From positions 119-64,118 of the forward strand of contig CALXVB010000005.1 of assembly GCA_944391855.1 (NCBI GenBank): DNA of 64,000 bases, read 5' to 3'. The position numbers and the translations under genes are program-made. This DNA comes from an uncultured Clostridia bacterium. GTDB lineage: Bacteria > Bacillota > Clostridia > TANB77 > CAG-508. Shown in pieces: positions 55,622-64,000 of the stretch (its first letter is position 1; each line of letters opens with the position of its first letter). The notes beneath the pieces are model-generated. The model made no database searches, was not told the DNA's origin, and saw only the letters and a program-made list of their open reading frames with translations.

Positions 55622-55629
55622 TACATATT

Positions 55630-56370
55630 ATGGAGGAGTGTATGGAGAAAGCTTGTGGATTGCACTGCACGAAAATAAATAATATTGGAGTTAAAATAGG
55701 AAAAGACGTAATATTAAAAAATGTAAATATACATATTCATTGTGGAGAATTAACAGTAATTATTGGAAGAAATGGTGCAGGGAAAAGTACTTTACTTAAG
55801 GCTATTTTAGGGGAAATAGAACACACGGGAAATATTGTATTTGTAGATAAAAAAGACGATATTACAAAAAAAATTAAAATAGGTTATGTACCACAAAGCA
55901 TTAATGTAGAAAAGCATATGCCAACAACAGTATATGACTTATTTGCATCTTGTATAACTTATATACCAGTCTTTTTAAGAAAAGATAAAAAAATATACAA
56001 TGAAATAAAAGAACACCTAAAAATATTTGGTGCAGACGAATTAATTGATAAAAGCATTGGAGATTTATCGGGTGGAGAACTACAAAGAGTACTTATAGCG
56101 ATAGCAACAAAGCCAACACCGAACTTACTTATATTAGATGAACCAGTATCAGGAATAGATAGAAATGGGATAAAAGAATTCTATAGGATAATAAGTAAAT
56201 TGAAAACAGAATATGACATGTCAATTATACTTGTGTCACATGATTTGGATTTGGCAAAGAAATATGCGGATAAAGTTATTCTGCTAGATAAAGAAGTAAT
56301 AAAAGAAGGTACTCCAGAAGACGTATTTAAAAGTTTGGAATTTAAAAATAGGTTTGGAGAATTAGCTTAA
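55630..56370 (+). CDS. Metal ABC transporter ATP-binding protein
   Basis: GRNGAGKST, LSGGELQR, LILDEP. Alternative start at ATG 55642. Confidence 0.85.
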   Translation: MEECMEKACGLHCTKINNIGVKIGKDVILKNVNIHIHCGELTVIIGRNGAGKSTLLKAILGEIEHTGNIVFVDKKDDITKKIKIGYVPQSINVEKHMPTTVYDLFASCITYIPVFLRKDKKIYNEIKEHLKIFGADELIDKSIGDLSGGELQRVLIAIATKPTPNLLILDEPVSGIDRNGIKEFYRIISKLKTEYDMSIILVSHDLDLAKKYADKVILLDKEVIKEGTPEDVFKSLEFKNRFGELA

Positions 56371-56451
56371 GATATTAGACTAAATAAAATAATATGGAAG
56401 ATAAATAAGTAAAGAATAAATTAATAAAAATAAATTAGGAACGAGGAAGAA

Positions 56452-57298
56452 ATGGAAGTAATAGATAGTATATTAGAAATAATATTACCATTTGAATTTA
56501 TAGATTATGAATTCATGAAAAATGCATTGCTAGCTATAATACTAATATCACCAATATTTGCAATACTAGGAACAATGATAGTAAACAACAAAATGGCATT
56601 TTTTTCAGATGCTTTAGGACATTCAGCACTAACAGGAATTGCAATCCGGAAGTTTACTTGGTATTAGTAATTTAAATATAGGAATGATAATATTTGCCAT
56701 AGCCTTTGCACTTTTATTAAACTACGTAAAAAATAAAACAACATATAGCGCGGATACAATAATAAGTGTATTTTCATCAATTGCAATAGCAATAGGACTT
56801 GCAATACTTGCACAAACAGGGAACTTTAATAGCTACTCAAGCTATTTAGTTGGAGACATATTAAGCATTACAGACACAGAAATAATATATGTATTTTTAG
56901 TGGCAATTGTAGTATTAGTATTTTGGTACTTTACATTTAATAAACTACATTTAATAAGTATTAATAGCACACTAGCAAAAAGCAAAGGAGTAAAAACAAA
57001 GAAAATAGATAATATATTTGTAGTATTAATTGCAATAGTAGTAATGATTTCAATAAGATGGATAGGAATACTATTAATAAACTCATTATTAATCTTACCA
57101 GCAGCATCAAGTAGAAATATTGCAAAAAATATGAGATGGTATCATTTATATGCAGTAATATTTTCACTATTTTCAGGAATTGCTGGTTTAATACTATCAT
57201 ATTACTTTAACATACCAACAGGCCCAATGATAGTAATAATATCAGGCGCAATATACTTCATAACACTAGGAATAAAAGGGAAAATAAAAGGAAAATAA
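56452..57298 (+). pseudogene. Metal ABC transporter permease (ZnuB/TroCD family), interrupted by a +1 frameshift
   Basis: The frames overlap at 56639-56667. Removing one C of the CC at 56646-56647 gives the continuous ..FFSDALGHSALTGIAIGSLLGISNLNIG.. Confidence 0.75.
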
Positions 57299-57299
57299 T

Positions 57300-57385
57300 G
57301 GAACAAGTTTGTCGGCTTTAGGGACAGGTCTAAAAGCGACAAACTTGTCGGAAAAAGACCTGTCCCTAAAGCCGACAAAAGTCAT
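57300..57385. repeat. REP-like element, family E: two interleaved palindromes
   Basis: ACAAGTTTGTCG [A], GCTTTAGGGACAGGTC [B], CGACAAACTTGT [A'], GACCTGTCCCTAAAGC [B'] in the order A-B-A'-B'. Confidence 0.75.
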
Positions 57386-57399
57386 AAGGGGGAAAGATT

Positions 57400-59708
<2,309 letters not shown>

Positions 59709-59791
59709 AATAAAAAATATCAAAAATTTGTTTGACATTTTTTTGTTTGTATGATAGTATATTATAAAATTGAATTTGGAGGGATGTGTGG

Positions 59792-60478
59792 ATGGCAAAC
59801 ACAAAGAAATCAAGAAACAGAGAATTAACTACAAGACAAAAACAAATTTTAAGATATATTACCAAACAAATTGAAAAAAATGGATATGCACCTTCTGTTA
59901 GAGAAATAGGTAAGGCAGTAGGATTAAGTTCTACAGCAACAGTTCATTCATATTTAAAACAATTAGAGGCAATGAAATATATTAAAAAAGAGAACCAAAA
60001 AGGTAGAACTCTAAGAATATTAAAGAAGGAAGATGACAGATATGATTCAGCAAGAGTTGGAAAAGAACCAAGCGAGCCAATGAAAGCTTTTTATAATAGA
60101 AAAGAAATGGTAGACGTTCCAATAGTAGGAAAGATTACTGCAGGTGCACCAATACTTGCTGTAGAAAATATAACAGATACAGTACCAGTACCAGTAGATT
60201 TTGCTGGAAATAGTCAATGCTTTATGTTATTAGTAAGTGGAGAAAGTATGATTGAAGCTGGAATACTAGATGGAGACCTTATACTAGTTAGAAGACAAAA
60301 TGTAGCAGAAAATGGACAAATTATCGTAGCATTAATAGATGATGAGGCAACAGTAAAAACATTTTATAAAGAAAAAGACCATATAAGATTACAACCAGAA
60401 AACAGTACAATGGATCCAATAATAGTTCCAGATTGTCAAATTCTTGGAAAAGTAATAGGTGTATTTAGAAAAATGTAA
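59792..60478 (+). CDS. lexA: LexA repressor
   Basis: Winged HTH APSVREIGKAVGLSSTATV. Cleavage and catalytic motifs AGAP, VSGESM and ATVKTF. ATG 59792 sits 8 nt after GGAGGG. Confidence 0.9.
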   Translation: MANTKKSRNRELTTRQKQILRYITKQIEKNGYAPSVREIGKAVGLSSTATVHSYLKQLEAMKYIKKENQKGRTLRILKKEDDRYDSARVGKEPSEPMKAFYNRKEMVDVPIVGKITAGAPILAVENITDTVPVPVDFAGNSQCFMLLVSGESMIEAGILDGDLILVRRQNVAENGQIIVALIDDEATVKTFYKEKDHIRLQPENSTMDPIIVPDCQILGKVIGVFRKM

Positions 60479-60507
60479 ATAATAGAGATAGAAAGGGATG
60501 AAATAAA

Positions 60508-60933
60508 ATGAGTTATGATGATTTTTGGTTTATAGATACCAGAGTACAAACAAGAAACTTAAGAAGATGGCTCATTTGGTTTATATTATTATTTGCATTT
60601 GTAACAGTAGGAAGTGTGATAGCAATAAAATCAATGTATAAAGATATACCTGGAGAAGAGATACACGGTGGCAATCCAAGTATTACAATTAGTGAAGCAA
60701 AAGCAACTAATGTAAATGGATATGTAAAAGGAGAGGTAAAAAACGAAAGTGAAACTGAAATAGATGGTGGTTACTTATGTTTTTTACTATGTGATAAGAA
60801 TAACGAAATAAGAGGAATTGAATACATAGAAGTAAATAGTTTAGCAGCAGGAGAAACAAAAACTTATGAACTAAAATTTAAAAGAGATAATATAACTAGA
60901 TTTTACGTAATGATGGTAGAGGAAAAACTATAA
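60508..60933 (+). CDS. Membrane-anchored FxLYD-like domain protein
   Basis: N-terminal TM WLIWFILLFAFVTVGSVIAI, then a beta-rich domain ..GYVKGEVKNESETEIDGGYL..LAAGETKTYELKF. Confidence 0.5.
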   Translation: MSYDDFWFIDTRVQTRNLRRWLIWFILLFAFVTVGSVIAIKSMYKDIPGEEIHGGNPSITISEAKATNVNGYVKGEVKNESETEIDGGYLCFLLCDKNNEIRGIEYIEVNSLAAGETKTYELKFKRDNITRFYVMMVEEKL

Positions 60934-60960
60934 AAAATTACTAAAAAATGTATAATATAA

Positions 60961-61001
60961 CTACCTTTTAATATAATATAAATATTAAAGGTAGTTTTTT
61001 T
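60961..61001 (+). terminator. Rho-independent terminator
   Basis: CTACCTTT ... AAAGGTAG followed by T7. Confidence 0.75.
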
Positions 61002-61109
61002 CTATTTTCTAAAAAAGTATTTGCTATTTTGTAATAAATGTAATATAATTGTAACGAATTTGTAATAAATTTGAAATATAACCGAAACATGAGAAAGGAA
61101 AGATTTATT

Positions 61110-62111
61110 ATGTTTAAGTGGGGACAAGACATAGGCATAGATTTAGGTACAGCAACTGTAATTGCATATGTAAAGGGAAAAGGAATAGTCTTAAGAGAGC
61201 CATCAGTTGTAGCAGTTGATAATAATACAGGAGAGGTTTTAGCTGTTGGAAAAGAAGCAAGAAGAATGTTAGGTAGAACTCCAGGTAATATTGTTGCTAC
61301 AAGACCATTAAGGGATGGTGTAATTTCTAATTACACAGTTACAGAGAAAATGCTTAAGTATTTTATAAATAAAATATGTGGCAAGTTTGTATTTTCTCCA
61401 CGAATAATGATTTGTATTCCATCACAAGTAACAGAAGTTGAGAAAAAGGCAGTTATTGATGCTGCTTCTCAAGCTGGTGCAAGAAAAGTATTTCTAATTG
61501 AGGAACCAATAGCCGCTGCAATAGGTGCAGGAATAGATATATCTAAACCATGTGGAAATATGGTAGTAGATATAGGAGGAGGCACAACAGATATAGCAGT
61601 TATATCTTTAGGTGGATCAGTAGTTAGTGAATCTTTAAAAGTTGCAGGAGATAAGTTTGATGAAGCAATAGTAAAATATATAAAGAAAAAACACAATGTA
61701 ATGATAGGAGAGAGAACAGCAGAAGATTTAAAAATAAATATAGGCTGTGTATATCCAAAAATTCAAGATACAGAGATGGAGATTAGAGGTAGGGACTTAA
61801 GTACAGGTTTACCAAAAAATATAAATATTCATTCTAGTGAAATGCTAGAAGCTTTAATAGAACCAGCAATGATGATAGTTGATAGTGTACATTCTGTTCT
61901 AGAAAAAACACCTCCAGAACTTGCAGCAGATATAAGTGATAGAGGAATATATATGACAGGTGGTGGATGCTTGATAGATGGTTTAGATAAATTATTACAA
62001 GCAAAAACAGGAATAAATGTTATGATAGCGCAAGAAGCAATATCATGTGTAGCCTTAGGAACAGGAAAAGCATTAGATAATCTAGATACTTTAGATAGAG
62101 GAAAGAGATAA
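61110..62111 (+). CDS. mreB: Rod-shape determining protein MreB/Mbl paralogue (no mreCD adjacent)
   Basis: IGIDLGTA, VDIGGGTTD, GGG.LIDGL. ATG 61110 after gaaaggaaag. Confidence 0.9.
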   Translation: MFKWGQDIGIDLGTATVIAYVKGKGIVLREPSVVAVDNNTGEVLAVGKEARRMLGRTPGNIVATRPLRDGVISNYTVTEKMLKYFINKICGKFVFSPRIMICIPSQVTEVEKKAVIDAASQAGARKVFLIEEPIAAAIGAGIDISKPCGNMVVDIGGGTTDIAVISLGGSVVSESLKVAGDKFDEAIVKYIKKKHNVMIGERTAEDLKINIGCVYPKIQDTEMEIRGRDLSTGLPKNINIHSSEMLEALIEPAMMIVDSVHSVLEKTPPELAADISDRGIYMTGGGCLIDGLDKLLQAKTGINVMIAQEAISCVALGTGKALDNLDTLDRGKR

Positions 62112-62123
62112 AAACATAAAGCA

Positions 62124-62149
62124 AGAGCGAGGATTAACCTCGCTCTTTT
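62124..62149 (+). terminator. Terminator after mreB
   Basis: AGAGCGAGG attaa CCTCGCTCT TTT. Confidence 0.8.
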
Positions 62150-62436
62150 GAAGTTTGAAATAAAACTGTTCCTCCGCATTGCAGAGAATCTTTACAATTT
62201 GGAACAAAAGGATAGTTTTCTTCTCCCATGACAAGAGGATTTTTATCTTGCCTAGAAAGTTTGGGAGAATAGACAAAGAGAAGTGTAGCTACTTTTTGCT
62301 TGTTAACAATGATTAAGAAATACTGATTCTCTTGCTCAACTATCATACTGTGACTGCCTGCTGAATCTGCTGGGTACTTCTGAAATGATTCAGAAGTAAT
62401 TCTTAAAGTCTGTGGCAATACGTCCTTAAATTCCAT
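62134..62436 (-). CDS. Hypothetical 100-aa protein in a higher-GC patch
   Basis: ATG 62436 is preceded by the SD aaaggag. About 36% GC by hand count. No family recognised. Its stop lies inside the mreB terminator loop. Confidence 0.4.
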   Translation of the reverse strand: MEFKDVLPQTLRITSESFQKYPADSAGSHSMIVEQENQYFLIIVNKQKVATLLFVYSPKLSRQDKNPLVMGEENYPFVPNCKDSLQCGGTVLFQTSKERG

Positions 62437-62613
62437 AATTGAACTCCTTTCTAATATTAAGGATATATGCATGATATCATAAAAATCTAAAAAAATCAAC
62501 ATTATGTATACTAAAATTAAATTGCTACAACTGGTCAAATATATCTTAAATACTTGCATATTTTGATAATAAATTATATAATTAATATAGTTTTTTGTAT
62601 AAAGGTGAATTGG

Positions 62614-63177
62614 ATGAATAAGACAAAGAGAAAAATTTTTGAAACCTCAATGAAGTTGTTTGCGGATAAAGGATATGATGCAACAAGTATAGAAGAAATA
62701 ACGGCAACAGTAGGAGTTGCAAAAGGAACTCTATATTATCATTTTTCCAGTAAGGAAGAAATATTTAACTTCCTTGTAGATGAAGGTATGAAACTTCTAA
62801 AAAATAGTATTACTATAAAAACAGATAAAATGACTAATTCTTTAGATAAGATTAGAGCTATAGTTTTAATACAAATAAAAATACTATTTAAATATGAAAA
62901 TTTTATAACTATAATATTAAGCCAAATATGGGGGAATGATGAAAGAAGCAAATTATGCAAAAAATATGTATTTGAATATATACACATGATAGAAGAAATA
63001 GTAAAAGTGGGAATACAAAAGAAGGAAATAGTAGAAAGGGATTCAGATATAATAGCTTCTGGAATATTTGGATTTACTTGTTCAAGTTATATATATAAAA
63101 TGAGACACGATAAAGTAGATGTTCAAAAAATATTCGAAGAAATAGACAATTCTTTTCTAAAAAAGCTACGTGCTTAA
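62614..63177 (+). CDS. TetR/AcrR family transcriptional regulator
   Basis: HTH SIEEITATVGVAKGTLYYHFSSKEEIF. ATG 62614 after aaaggtg. Confidence 0.9.
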   Translation: MNKTKRKIFETSMKLFADKGYDATSIEEITATVGVAKGTLYYHFSSKEEIFNFLVDEGMKLLKNSITIKTDKMTNSLDKIRAIVLIQIKILFKYENFITIILSQIWGNDERSKLCKKYVFEYIHMIEEIVKVGIQKKEIVERDSDIIASGIFGFTCSSYIYKMRHDKVDVQKIFEEIDNSFLKKLRA

Positions 63178-63207
63178 AATATAATAAAAAATAGGAGTGA
63201 ATATTGT

Positions 63208-64000
63208 ATGAGAATACTAAAAGATTTTAAGGTTCCAGATTTTAAATTTCCAAAATTTCATATGAAGGAACTTTCAGAAATTGATGAAGTTAAAGTTGAT
63301 TATGAAAAAGTAAAAAAAGCAGAGGAAAATCAAAAAAAGAGGAAAAATAAAAATTATGAAGGTACTTCTTTTACAACAGTAAAAGAAATATTTATCAATT
63401 CATCAAAAGAATATGCAGATAGAACATTTTTACTAGAAAAATTTAATCCAAAGGAAGCATGGACAGAAATTACATATAATCAATTTAAAAATGAAGTAAT
63501 TGGACTTGGAACAGCCTTAACTAGAAAACTAAATTTAAAAGACACAAGAATAGTTATAATAGGAGAAAATACACACCACTGGTATGTATCATATATGACA
63601 ATGCTTTGTGGCGCTGGAATTGCAGTTCCAGTAGATAAAGAACTACCAGAAAATGAAATAGAGAATGTTATAAAAAGAGCAAAAGCATCAGCAGTAATAT
63701 TCTCAACCAAAAAAGCAGACGTTATTAAAAAAGTTTCAGAAAATTTACCAGAAGTAAAATATTTTATACAAATGAATTCTAACCAAGAAATTGATGGAAG
63801 ATTTGTAGGATTAGATTATTTAATAGAAGAAGGTAAAGCATTAGTTAATGGTGGAGATAATAGCTTTATGAGTATTGAAATAGATCCAGATGAATTTAAA
63901 GTATTAATATTTACTTCAGGAACTACTTCAAAAGCTAAAGGTGTTATGCTTTGTAACAGAAACTTGGCACAAAATGTAAATGCAGCAACAGCTTACGTAA
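63208..64000 (+). CDS. AMP-dependent long-chain acyl-CoA synthetase/ligase (3' end lies right of the window)
   Basis: Frame 1 is open from ATG 63208 (SD aggag) to the window edge. AMP-binding motif IFTSGTTSKAKGVM at the end. Not in the ORF track because no stop is reached. Confidence 0.85.
   Translation, partial: MRILKDFKVPDFKFPKFHMKELSEIDEVKVDYEKVKKAEENQKKRKNKNYEGTSFTTVKEIFINSSKEYADRTFLLEKFNPKEAWTEITYNQFKNEVIGLGTALTRKLNLKDTRIVIIGENTHHWYVSYMTMLCGAGIAVPVDKELPENEIENVIKRAKASAVIFSTKKADVIKKVSENLPEVKYFIQMNSNQEIDGRFVGLDYLIEEGKALVNGGDNSFMSIEIDPDEFKVLIFTSGTTSKAKGVMLCNRNLAQNVNAATAYV

Noticed and set aside
1063-57385. Possibility that the GC-rich palindromic repeats are a CRISPR array or array remnants
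   Set aside because: The copies are dispersed singly or in inverted pairs over 56 kb. They lack regular repeat-spacer periodicity and there are no cas genes.
62471-62480. ATGATATCAT palindrome as a TetR operator
   Set aside because: It is only 10 bp and AT-rich, and lies about 135 nt upstream of the tetR start. That is too weak to call without comparative data.

Overview
AT-rich (roughly 70% A+T by eye, not computed) chromosomal segment from an endospore-forming, low-GC Firmicute of the class Clostridia. Supporting markers are an alpha/beta SASP, BofA, DpaA, the ctsR-mcsA-mcsB-clpC operon, T-box leaders and a glmS ribozyme. About 60 protein genes, mostly housekeeping. They include adhE (3' part), gatCAB, rpsT, hpf, ldh, a MacB-like ABC transporter, a Cys/Met PLP enzyme, ppa, uppP, ROK kinase, RNase J, gltX, engB, serS, glmS, rpsF-ssb-rpsR, a Znu-like metal ABC system, trpS, obg, lexA, mreB, a TetR regulator and an acyl-CoA ligase (5' part). 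A complete type IV pilus cluster lies at 32.6-41.8 kb (pilMN, pilO, small pilin, pilD, two pilin-like genes, pilB, pilT, pilC). I saw no rRNA, tRNA, CRISPR array, integrase or prophage. Main non-routine observations: (1) a single RAYT/IS200-like Y1 transposase bracketed by inverted GC-rich hairpins, plus at least five families of intergenic hairpin repeats that share a GTCCC(C) motif; (2) an intact T-box leader in front of a collapsed aspS relic; (3) a continuous DapF-MurE fusion ORF; (4) a 64-residue mature pilin candidate lacking Phe1/Glu5; (5) a promoter-to-terminator small-RNA candidate next to an isolated DUF3800 gene; (6) an HD alarmone-hydrolase gene followed by two dNK-like kinase genes; (7) three small islands of about 36-38% GC carrying orphan genes; (8) two single-base frameshifts, in hlyIII and the metal ABC permease. 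All calls come from reading the sequence and the ORF translations. No searches were run.
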